Part shown: positions 21,012 through 29,295 of the stretch, one piece after another
Position numbering within the stretch: the first letter of the stretch is position 1
Layout of the letters: every line of letters begins with the position of its first letter
From: Patescibacteria group bacterium
Lineage (GTDB): Bacteria > Patescibacteriota > Minisyncoccia > Phycocordibacterales > JBHPGB01
Length of the DNA stretch: 64,000 bases
NCBI GenBank assembly: GCA_042571085.1
Contig: JBHPGB010000002.1
Location: forward strand, 6,796-70,795
Direction of reading: 5' to 3'
Made by a program: the position numbers and the translations under genes
Notes under the pieces: generated by a model
What the model saw: only the letters and a program-made list of their open reading frames with translations
Told to the model about the DNA's origin: nothing
Databases searched by the model: none

Positions 21012-21755
21012 CTAGTTAAAAAGTTTTACGAACCAACCAAATAGACTGAATTTGTCTTCATTCTCTTCTATAAATGCCTCTGCATTAGCCTTTACTTCAT
21101 TAAGTGCTTCGATTTCTGCCCCGAGCTCTGTTTTTAATTCTTCAACAACCACGGATTCTAAAACTCTTGTTAAGCGATTGATGTGATTCTCTGTGGTAAC
21201 AATCTCACTACGCAAACCACCTAAATTTTTATAATCAGCACCAATCAAAAATGTCTTAAGCTTCCCTCTTTTCCCAATCTCTTCCATAGAATTTGCAATA
21301 CGTTCTTTTGAATCATTTTGCTCTTGTGCAACTATTCGCACTTCTTCACCAATAACACCAGCTTTTTCAGCCGTATCCTTTAATTCCTTAACGAGTTCAG
21401 CGACGGCACTGCGGTGCTCGTCACCTCTTTTTTTATACTCCTTACCTTTCCCACGGCCCATTCCTTCATCTTCACCCTCCTCAATGTCAGTAGCATCTTC
21501 AACGTACTCCTCATCAGTACCATCATTTGCACTATAATCAGTAGCATTATCAACAGCGTCGTTATATGCATCATCGTCGGCAGCATTAACGTCGCCAAGA
21601 TCAGCATCAGCATCGTCTATGTTACTGGTAGTCATAACCCCAACAGCATCATTATCATCATCAGCAAATGCTGGAATTGCGGCAATAGAAAAAGTTGCCA
21701 CAAAAGCAAAAACTATAAAAGGTATTATATATGTGGATAAATTGTATGTCTTCAT
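21012..21755 (-). CDS. secreted hypothetical protein with acidic low-complexity region
   Basis: Signal peptide. D/A/N-rich low-complexity segment. Coiled-coil C-terminal half. Confidence 0.5.
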   Translation of the reverse strand: MKTYNLSTYIIPFIVFAFVATFSIAAIPAFADDDNDAVGVMTTSNIDDADADLGDVNAADDDAYNDAVDNATDYSANDGTDEEYVEDATDIEEGEDEGMGRGKGKEYKKRGDEHRSAVAELVKELKDTAEKAGVIGEEVRIVAQEQNDSKERIANSMEEIGKRGKLKTFLIGADYKNLGGLRSEIVTTENHINRLTRVLESVVVEELKTELGAEIEALNEVKANAEAFIEENEDKFSLFGWFVKLFN

Positions 21756-21922
21756 AATTATTATAATAGTTATTAATTAATAAGTAGACCAATAGAAAGC
21801 CTTTATTGATTTAATTGTACACTCACATTTAAAATAATGCCATAACAACTTATCTACAGTTACGATTGGCAATAAAAAAAGCCCGCCAGAGTGGCGGGCT
21901 TATCTCTACGACGAGGTGTTTG

Positions 21923-22429
21923 TTACTCCTTTTTTACAAGCCGCAAATCCGGCTTCTTTTGTGAAAGGCTATGTAAATGATGCAACTCTTTAGATTGTTC
22001 ATTAACAACATCTCTAAAATCAAAAAACTTTTCCGACATATTGCTAAACATTTTTCCTGCTGATGCTAATGGGTGTTTATATCTAGATGGAACACTATCT
22101 GCATGAGCTTGCAATACTCGCAATTTTAACTGATATGCGGGTTTTGCACTAACTATTAATCTATCTGCGAGTTCACGCCTCATCTGATCAACACCATCAG
22201 CATCTATCTCTGCTAATCTTTTTATATAGTCAAAATTTGACCACAAGGCATTGTCAATTTTTGCTTGAATTTCTCTCGAGCCTTGTTGACCCCGATCAAA
22301 TGAATTTGCTATACACTCCCTTATGCATACCGCGGCTTTTTGTTCAAATGCAATGGGATCCTTATGGATTAATTCAAGTAATGTTTCGAAGTCTTTTTCA
22401 AATAACTTATCTTCAAATACGGGCATCAT
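21923..22429 (-). CDS. hypothetical protein (168 aa)
   Basis: ORF with terminator hairpin (AAAAAAAGCCCGCCAGAGTGGCGGGCT) just downstream. No domain recognised. Confidence 0.4.
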   Translation of the reverse strand: MMPVFEDKLFEKDFETLLELIHKDPIAFEQKAAVCIRECIANSFDRGQQGSREIQAKIDNALWSNFDYIKRLAEIDADGVDQMRRELADRLIVSAKPAYQLKLRVLQAHADSVPSRYKHPLASAGKMFSNMSEKFFDFRDVVNEQSKELHHLHSLSQKKPDLRLVKKE

Positions 22430-22546
22430 AATGGCGTCCTCAAAGATTGTCTAATTCCATCCTAACCATATCTTCTGCATTAGTCAAGTAATTAAACCGC
22501 TGTACACCCTAAATACACAGCAGCTTTAATTATAGTTTTTTTGTTT

Positions 22547-23011
22547 TTAATTATCTGTATTGCGGACAAATTCCAATGTGTTTCCTCTATCAAGATAAAT
22601 AAGTGTTAGATTTGTATCTGTTACAGACTCAACAATATAAAACATTACCTCGCCATCACTTTCTTTGATAAGAAATGGTCCATCTGTAGCATTTGGATAT
22701 TGCTCGCTTATTTTTTCTGGCAATGTTTCCGCAATGCTCCATGAGCCAATACTTACAACTTCACCATCATAATATTCTTCAAGAAAAGCATTTTCACCAT
22801 GGGATACTTCGTATTTATTATCATCCACACTTACCCACTTGCCAATAAATTGCACTTCATTTATTTCATTACTTTCGTTAGCAGAAGCCGCAACATTATT
22901 TTCTACATTTATATTTGTTTTAACATCTTCGCTCGCTGTCCTACCACTCAGAAAAAAGAAGGTTGCCGCAATAATTATTAATATAAAAATTGTATAAAAT
23001 ATTTTTTTCAT
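22547..23011 (-). CDS. secreted/lipoprotein-like hypothetical protein (154 aa)
   Basis: N-terminal hydrophobic signal. No recognisable domain. Confidence 0.45.
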   Translation of the reverse strand: MKKIFYTIFILIIIAATFFFLSGRTASEDVKTNINVENNVAASANESNEINEVQFIGKWVSVDDNKYEVSHGENAFLEEYYDGEVVSIGSWSIAETLPEKISEQYPNATDGPFLIKESDGEVMFYIVESVTDTNLTLIYLDRGNTLEFVRNTDN

Positions 23012-23166
23012 GGGTTAATTGTATCATACGTCAAAACACACGTCAGTACTGACGTGTGTTTTGTGAAAAATTGATTCACGTCTTGGTGCCCTTTGTAGGA
23101 GCATCCGCGATGCGAATTCGAGCTTTGTGATACAGAAGCTTCGCTTCGTATCACAAACCCTAATTC

Positions 23167-23281
23167 GGCTGCCAGATAGGGACTCGCCTCTCACAAATCA
23201 AAGATTTGTTCCGAAACGCACTATTTTTATAATCGCTTCGCTCTTTAAAAATAGGCGCCTACGGTTCGAGTCCTATATCTG
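23167..23281. repeat. tRNA-associated element copy 1: conserved core of about 76 nt flanked by an inverted and a direct copy of the tRNA-Gln 3' end
   Basis: GGCTGCCAGATAGGGACTCG (reverse complement of the tRNA-Gln T-arm/acceptor 3' strand), then core CCTCTCACAAATCAAAGATTTGTTCCGAAACGCACTATTTTTATA...AAAAATAGGCGCCTAC, then GGTTCGAGTCCTATATCTG. Same core at 40405-40522. Confidence 0.75.
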
Positions 23282-23332
23282 AAAAACACGCAATAAAACA
23301 GACCTCACAAAAGAGGTCTGTTTTATTGCGAG

Positions 23333-23403
23333 CTGCCAGATAGGGACTCGAACCCCAATAGACGGCACCAAAAGCCGTAGTCCTACCATTAGACGATCTG
23401 GCA
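23333..23403 (-). tRNA. tRNA-Gln (anticodon TTG)
   Basis: Manual fold: acceptor TGCCAGA/TCTGGCA, D-stem GTCT/GGAC, anticodon stem ACGGC/GCCGT with loop TTTTGGT, T-arm TGGGG-TTCGAGT-CCCTA. CCA not encoded. Confidence 0.75.
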
Positions 23404-23475
23404 ATGATTATATTTATAGTGCATTCATCACAACACACTCGGCCGTCAATAGCGGCACCAGCTATCTAAAAACTG

Positions 23476-23505
23476 CGTAGTCCTACCATTAGACGATCTG
23501 GCAAT
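23476..23505 (-). pseudogene. exact duplicate of the 5' 28 nt of tRNA-Gln (5'-half pseudo-copy) about 70 nt upstream of the tRNA
   Basis: CGTAGTCCTACCATTAGACGATCTGGCAAT is identical to the 5' part of the tRNA gene at 23376-23405. Confidence 0.7.
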
Positions 23506-23613
23506 AAATTAGACTTGTGATCTAATAGTCTATAATTTACCGTAAAAACGGTCATTTAGCAACTTAAGAAGCGGCGAAAAGCAAAGCTTTTCGCCGCCTT
23601 CTACTATTGTTGA

Positions 23614-24645
23614 TTATTTATTATCAATCAATTTTATCACAGCAAGTTCAAGTGGCAGATGCGGAAGGTATGAATTCCCTATTTTTGTATACGCATCTAG
23701 GAATTCTTTTAGTACTTCGGAATTAATATGTGCTTCCTTGTCTTTTGCCAAGTCGGAAAGAAACGCATTATCCTCTTCACTGAAATCACTCTCAATAACT
23801 TGTGTCAAATTTTGCGCAAATCTCATAAGAAGCACTGCTCGCAATTTTCGTAAAATAAGTTTTGCATACACTGTCATATCTACATTGTATTCTGTTGCTG
23901 TATGAATTGCACCAAGAGCTTTCTCTGAATCTTTTACTGCAATTGCATAAATTAAATCATTTACCAACTTAGCACTCGGGGCGCCAAGTACTTTTTCTAC
24001 CTCCTCGCGGGAAATTTCTTTATCTGCGGATGCACTAATTACCTTTTGCACAATTCCGAGTGTGTCGCGAAATGATCCATCACCAAGCATTGCGATTAAA
24101 TCGGCAGATTCTTTTTCAATTGCGAAACCTTCTTTCTTTGCAGTATCAAGCGCAAGTTTTTTAAGCACCTCGTGACCCGGCTTTTTAAATGTAAATGTTT
24201 GGCAACGTGACACGATTGTGTCAGGTAATTTTTGTATTTCAGTAGTAGCAAGCATAAAGATGGCGTGCTTTGGTGGCTCTTCAAGTGTTTTCAAAAGCGC
24301 ATTAAAAGCCTCCTTTGTAAGCATGTGCACCTCATCAATAATATACACTTTATATGGTGACTCAAGTGGCAACACTCTCACAGCTTCTCGCAACTCACGA
24401 ATATCATCAATACCACGATTGCTCGCTGCGTCTATTTCTTGTAAGTCATTTACAGAGCACCCTATTTCATGCGCCAAAATTCTAGCAATTGTTGTTTTGC
24501 CTGTACCTCGTGTGCCAGCAAAAAGATATGCGTGAGAAATATTACCTTCTTTCACGGCGTTTTTGAGTACATCTATTACATGATCCTGACCAAGCACATC
24601 TCCCCATTTCTCCGGCCGATATTTTCTATATAAAGCTAATGACAT
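23614..24645 (-). CDS. dnaX: DNA polymerase III subunit gamma/tau, short form (start at MSLALY; the ORF-track extension to 24705 runs through the dus terminator hairpin)
   Basis: YRPEKWGDVLGQ, GTRGTGKTT Walker A, IDEVHMLT Walker B/sensor. Confidence 0.8.
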   Translation of the reverse strand: MSLALYRKYRPEKWGDVLGQDHVIDVLKNAVKEGNISHAYLFAGTRGTGKTTIARILAHEIGCSVNDLQEIDAASNRGIDDIRELREAVRVLPLESPYKVYIIDEVHMLTKEAFNALLKTLEEPPKHAIFMLATTEIQKLPDTIVSRCQTFTFKKPGHEVLKKLALDTAKKEGFAIEKESADLIAMLGDGSFRDTLGIVQKVISASADKEISREEVEKVLGAPSAKLVNDLIYAIAVKDSEKALGAIHTATEYNVDMTVYAKLILRKLRAVLLMRFAQNLTQVIESDFSEEDNAFLSDLAKDKEAHINSEVLKEFLDAYTKIGNSYLPHLPLELAVIKLIDNK

Positions 24646-24835
24646 TGCAGATAGTATATCATAATTGAATGTTCTAACGAAAAAATGCGCCTCCTCAAGG
24701 CGCACCTTTAAAACAAATTGGAAAATGGCGATATAAAATATTCAATATACGCCAAAGGAAAGAACATGAGCAAAAATAATACTTTAAACATTTAATTTTA
24801 CCTTGGAATCAACTGTGCAAGATAGTATCATTTAT

Positions 24836-25807
24836 TTATTTTTTGTGCAAAAATTTGTCAACAATTCCTTCAACCTCATCTGCATTTTTGGCATCCATTA
24901 ATTCAATTCGTAATTCTTTTGCGCCATCAAAACCTTGCACATATGCTTTGTAATGCTTTTTCATAAGTGCAAAATTTTTCACATCACCTAGCTTTTCTTC
25001 AAAAAGCTTCGTGTGTTCTACCATTATCTTTAATCGATCATTTAATTCTGTGATTTGATCACCAAAAAACCAAGGCGTGCCAAATACAGCGCGGCCGACC
25101 ATAACACCATCTGCGCCAGACTCTTTCGCTTTTTCTTTTCCATCTTCCAAACTCTCCACATCTCCATTACCTATTATTACAGCATCGCTCCCCAACTCAT
25201 CACGAATTTCTACCACACGCTTTACATGCTCCCAGCGCGCTGGCACATCACTCATTTCTTTACGAGTACGTGTGTGAACCGTAAGCGCATAAATTCCAGT
25301 GTTCAAAAGTATCGGAATCCAATCCTCAATCTCATTTTTATTGTAACCAATACGAGTCTTAACAGAGAGCGGAATATTTTTACAAGAATCTTCAATCCCC
25401 TTCTGTGTAGCCTCAATTATTTTCACAGCAAGTTCTGGATTTTTCATTAAGCTCGCACCAGCTCCTTGCTTCTCAATAATTTTATGCGGGCAACCCATGT
25501 TTATATCAATTCCATCAAAGCCGAGTTCTGCAATTATTTTTGCTGATTCATAAAAATTCTCTGGCTTCCCACCAAAAATCTGAGCAACGATTGGACGCTG
25601 CGCTTCCGTGTACTCTAAATCGCGCAGAAGCGCTTTTTTACCCTCTGGATGAGTGAGTCCATCACAAGCAACAAATTCAGTCCAAAAGACGTCTGGTGAC
25701 CCATAGCGTGCAAACATTTCTCGAAACGCCACATCTGTCACATCTGCCATCGGTGCCAGCGCAAAAAACGGGTTCTTCTTCTTTTGTAATTCTTTCCAAA
25801 AAGTCAT
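24836..25807 (-). CDS. tRNA-dihydrouridine synthase
   Basis: Dus family TIM barrel: LAPMADVTD, DINMGCP (catalytic Cys), FMN-binding residues. Confidence 0.85.
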   Translation of the reverse strand: MTFWKELQKKKNPFFALAPMADVTDVAFREMFARYGSPDVFWTEFVACDGLTHPEGKKALLRDLEYTEAQRPIVAQIFGGKPENFYESAKIIAELGFDGIDINMGCPHKIIEKQGAGASLMKNPELAVKIIEATQKGIEDSCKNIPLSVKTRIGYNKNEIEDWIPILLNTGIYALTVHTRTRKEMSDVPARWEHVKRVVEIRDELGSDAVIIGNGDVESLEDGKEKAKESGADGVMVGRAVFGTPWFFGDQITELNDRLKIMVEHTKLFEEKLGDVKNFALMKKHYKAYVQGFDGAKELRIELMDAKNADEVEGIVDKFLHKK

Positions 25808-26652
25808 TAATCTATAAATTTGTAGAATACCTTATTGCCAAATCGTAAGTCAATATACTCGAGTGGCTCTGTACTAGTTTGTATCGTATCGATTGATGAA
25901 TCTAGATTTTCAAGCAAATCATCAAAGTTTTGTTCTTCATTAAATATAATTTTTGAATCATCCGTTAAAAGTAACTCGAAATCATTTTCTTCTTTTTCAA
26001 CAAATCCAATAGTTTCAAATCCTATTTTTTCAACTTCTTTCTTGAATGCAATAAATTTTTCAAATTCACTTATTTCAAAAAGCTGATTACCAAGCACGCC
26101 ATCATCAGAATCATTCCGGAGATTAAATTCACGAGGTGTATAGAATGTAAAGAATACAGATCCTGAAAATTGAGGAGCTTCCACAAATATGTACCCAAGC
26201 TCATCCATGAAAAAACACTTTTCGCCTGTTTCTGTTTTAGATTCACACCATACATACTCTGGTTTACGTTCAAAAATTTCAACCGCAACTGAGGTCAAAG
26301 AATCTCTGTGTATATTAAGTGCTCGTATTCTTTTGTCTATAGCAAAAACAGCTTCTTCTATATCCCCTTTTGGATATATAAAAATATTATCCTTACGGAA
26401 GAGCCATAAATATTTTCCAAGCATTTCTTTACGCACACTTTCTTGTATATCAGACTCCTTCACAATTTCATTACCCGACACAGAAATTTCAGAAATCACA
26501 ACCTTTTCATTTCCAGATTGCCAAGCAAGTATCCCCATTACAAAAAGTAGGATAATAAAAATTATCAGAACCTTTCGCACAACGGTCTGACCTTTTGCAA
26601 CAACCTTTTTATATCGCGTCTTTTTAATTATAGATTTTCTTGAATAAATCAT
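25807..26652 (-). CDS. ftsQ: cell division protein FtsQ/DivIB-like (TM + POTRA)
   Basis: N-terminal TM helix then POTRA-like VISEISVSGNEIVKESDIQE. Position next to other division/wall genes is not conserved here. Confidence 0.55.
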   Translation of the reverse strand: MIYSRKSIIKKTRYKKVVAKGQTVVRKVLIIFIILLFVMGILAWQSGNEKVVISEISVSGNEIVKESDIQESVRKEMLGKYLWLFRKDNIFIYPKGDIEEAVFAIDKRIRALNIHRDSLTSVAVEIFERKPEYVWCESKTETGEKCFFMDELGYIFVEAPQFSGSVFFTFYTPREFNLRNDSDDGVLGNQLFEISEFEKFIAFKKEVEKIGFETIGFVEKEENDFELLLTDDSKIIFNEEQNFDDLLENLDSSIDTIQTSTEPLEYIDLRFGNKVFYKFID

Positions 26653-26720
26653 GATTTGTTATCTCAATTATATCATAGAAAAAAGGCGGGCTTTGCCCGC
26701 CTTTTTTCTATGATATAAGA

Positions 26721-27986
26721 TTATTTTGTTATCAAATCTTTTCCGCCCATATATTTCTGAAGTACTTCTGGAATTTTTACTGAACCATCTGCTTGCTGGA
26801 AGTTTTCTATAAGAGATACTAAAATTCTCGGGGTTGGAATAGCAGTACAGTTCAGCGAGTGAGCAAACTGCTGTTTACCAGACTCATCTTTATATTTAAT
26901 ACCAAAGCGTCGTGTTTGAAAATCATGGAAATATGAAGCTGATGAAATCTCTCTATATTTTTCTTCCATTGGCACCCACAACTCAATGTCATACTTTTTC
27001 ACTTGCCCTAATCCTAGATCACCTCCGCAGTTTATAACTGTGTGGTAAGGAATATTGAGTGACTCAATAAATTCTTCTGTATTTCTATTCAGCCAATCAT
27101 GATACTCTACAGACTTTTGATGATCTGCTTCACATAAAATCACTTGTTCTAATTTATAAAATTCATGCACACGAATAAGCCCCTTTGTATCTTTTCCATA
27201 TGAACCAGCTTCACGTCTGTAGCAGGGTGAAAAAGATAGAAACTTTTTGTCCCCATCTTTAAAATCAATTACTTCATCAGAGTAATAGCCCATCGTTGCA
27301 ACTTCAGCAGTACCAGAAAGATAGTCGCCATCTTGTGTTTCGTATAAGTCTTCTGCTTCGGTCGGTAAATGACCAGTTCCATATAAATTTGCCTTCTTAA
27401 CAATCGCAGGAACTATCATTGGTGTAAACTCTTTTTTCAAAAAGAAATCCTGTGCGTAATTCCAAATCGCCCAAGAAAGAAGTGCCCCGTCATTCTTTAA
27501 ATAATATCCACGAAATCCGTGTACTTTACTTCCCCGTTCAAAATCAACCATGTCTAGATTTTTCATAATTTCAACATGGTCGCGTGGCTCAAAATCAAAC
27601 TTTGGTTTTTCTCCCCATGTTTTAGTCTCCACATTTTCTTCATCACTTTTTCCTTCTGGCACAGACATGTCGGGGATATTTGGCACTTGTAGCATGAGTG
27701 TTTGCCACTTGGTCATAATTTCTTTCAACTCTTTCTCTTTTTCTTGTAGTGAGTCTTTTAAAATCTGCATCTGTGAGATTTTGGCATCTCTTTGTTCAGT
27801 TGGCACATTTGCAATTTGCCTTGAAACAACATTCTGTTCTGCTTTCATTTCTTCAACTTTAGACAAAAATGCTTTTCGATCATCATCAACTTTAAGTAAT
27901 TCTTCCACGTCAAATTTTACATGCTTTTTCTTAGCACCAGCTTGAATCAAATCCTTGTTTTCCCTGATGAATTTTATATCTAACAT
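26721..27986 (-). CDS. serS: serine--tRNA ligase
   Basis: N-terminal coiled-coil arm. Class II motifs 2 and 3 (FRREAGSYGKDTKGLIRVHEF, GLGQVKKYDIELW). Confidence 0.9.
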   Translation of the reverse strand: MLDIKFIRENKDLIQAGAKKKHVKFDVEELLKVDDDRKAFLSKVEEMKAEQNVVSRQIANVPTEQRDAKISQMQILKDSLQEKEKELKEIMTKWQTLMLQVPNIPDMSVPEGKSDEENVETKTWGEKPKFDFEPRDHVEIMKNLDMVDFERGSKVHGFRGYYLKNDGALLSWAIWNYAQDFFLKKEFTPMIVPAIVKKANLYGTGHLPTEAEDLYETQDGDYLSGTAEVATMGYYSDEVIDFKDGDKKFLSFSPCYRREAGSYGKDTKGLIRVHEFYKLEQVILCEADHQKSVEYHDWLNRNTEEFIESLNIPYHTVINCGGDLGLGQVKKYDIELWVPMEEKYREISSASYFHDFQTRRFGIKYKDESGKQQFAHSLNCTAIPTPRILVSLIENFQQADGSVKIPEVLQKYMGGKDLITK

Positions 27987-28021
27987 GTGTATATACTACT
28001 ATAAATGTTAGAATTAATAAA

Positions 28022-28882
28022 ATGCAAAAGGATATCAAAATTTTAAATAAAAATGAAGTTCCAGAGCAGCTTTTAGAAATTCCGGAGCCACCAGAAAAAT
28101 TATATCTACGTGGTGAATTACCAAGCGCCGATACTAAATTACTATGTGTCATTGGCTCACGCAAATATTCAAACTATGGTAAAGACGTTTGTGAAGAATT
28201 AATTAAAGGACTTGCAGGATACGACATTGCAATTGTTTCTGGGCTCGCAATTGGAATTGATGCAATTGCCCATCATGCAGCAATTAAAGCTGGACTCAAA
28301 ACAATCGCGGTTCCAGGGTCTGGAATTTCAGAAGATGTGCTTTATCCAGCAAGCAACCAACCACTTGCCAGAGAAATACTCTCTCATGGTGGTGCTCTAA
28401 TTTCAGAATTTGAGCCGAACTTCCGTGCAACTGTGTGGAGCTTTCCTAAACGCAACAGAGTAATGGCCGGTTTGTGTGATGCTGTATTAATTATCGAAGC
28501 GGCCGAAAGGTCCGGTACGCTCATTACAGCGCGACTCGCACTTGATTATAATCGCGATGTGCTCGTTGTCCCTAACTCAATATTTTCTGAACACGCAAAG
28601 GGTTCAAACTCTCTTGTGCGCCGTGGCGCAACACCAATCACCTCAAGTGCTGATTTGCTCCAGGAGCTCGGTTTTGACCAGTCTCATAAAAAAGTATCTT
28701 CTATTGAAAAGAATTTATCTGAAAACGAGCAAAAAGTAATTAGTCTACTCAACGAACCACTTGCTCGGGATGATCTAATCCGCCAACTCAAAATAGAAAC
28801 GAGCGAAGCAAATATTTTACTTTCTGCAATGGAAATTAAAGGGCTTATAAAAGAGTCTCTTGGTTTATTGCGTAAAAGTTAA
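28022..28882 (+). CDS. dprA: DNA-processing protein DprA (SMF family)
   Basis: Rossmann-like DprA core: VSGLAIGIDAIAHHAA, GTLITARLALDYNRDVLVVP. Confidence 0.85.
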   Translation: MQKDIKILNKNEVPEQLLEIPEPPEKLYLRGELPSADTKLLCVIGSRKYSNYGKDVCEELIKGLAGYDIAIVSGLAIGIDAIAHHAAIKAGLKTIAVPGSGISEDVLYPASNQPLAREILSHGGALISEFEPNFRATVWSFPKRNRVMAGLCDAVLIIEAAERSGTLITARLALDYNRDVLVVPNSIFSEHAKGSNSLVRRGATPITSSADLLQELGFDQSHKKVSSIEKNLSENEQKVISLLNEPLARDDLIRQLKIETSEANILLSAMEIKGLIKESLGLLRKS

Positions 28883-28938
28883 AATTAAAGTAATGTAAAA
28901 ATAGCAACAGTAATGAACTTGGATTTGGGAGAAAAATC

Positions 28939-29049
28939 ATGAATACTGGCTTCATATATTTTAGTATTGTTGTACTTGCTGTTATTGCAGTAATACCCAT
29001 TTTTTACGCCATGAGAATCGCAGAAAATGACGACGGATATCATGAATGA
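28939..29049 (+). CDS. possible 36-aa single-TM small protein
   Basis: GGGAGAAAAATC-ATG RBS. Hydrophobic MNTGFIYFSIVVLAVIAVIPIFYAM. Followed by a GGCCAGC...GCTGGCC terminator. Below the ORF-track length cutoff. Confidence 0.3.
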   Translation: MNTGFIYFSIVVLAVIAVIPIFYAMRIAENDDGYHE

Positions 29050-29295
29050 TAAGACAGTAGAAAAAGTTTACATCGGCCAGCACTTCGCTGGCCCTTTTCT
29101 TATGTTTTCAACATGTTAAATTTTTTGAAATTTGCATTATTCTGTTAGACTTGCTATAAACTGCTGATCAAATATGAATCCCGTTAGAGATATAAACTGT
29201 TATTTTTGAGATACGGGAAAATAATATGATATTTATGAATTATCAATCAAACATTAATCAGATACGTAAATCTTCGATTTACTATCTCTAACGGG

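Noticed and set aside
23258-23281. A plus-strand tRNA ending in GGTTCGAGTCCTATATCTG within the Gln-locus element
   Set aside because: The sequence before it cannot form a T-stem, anticodon arm or acceptor stem. It is a degenerate direct copy of the tRNA-Gln 3' end that serves as one arm of the element.
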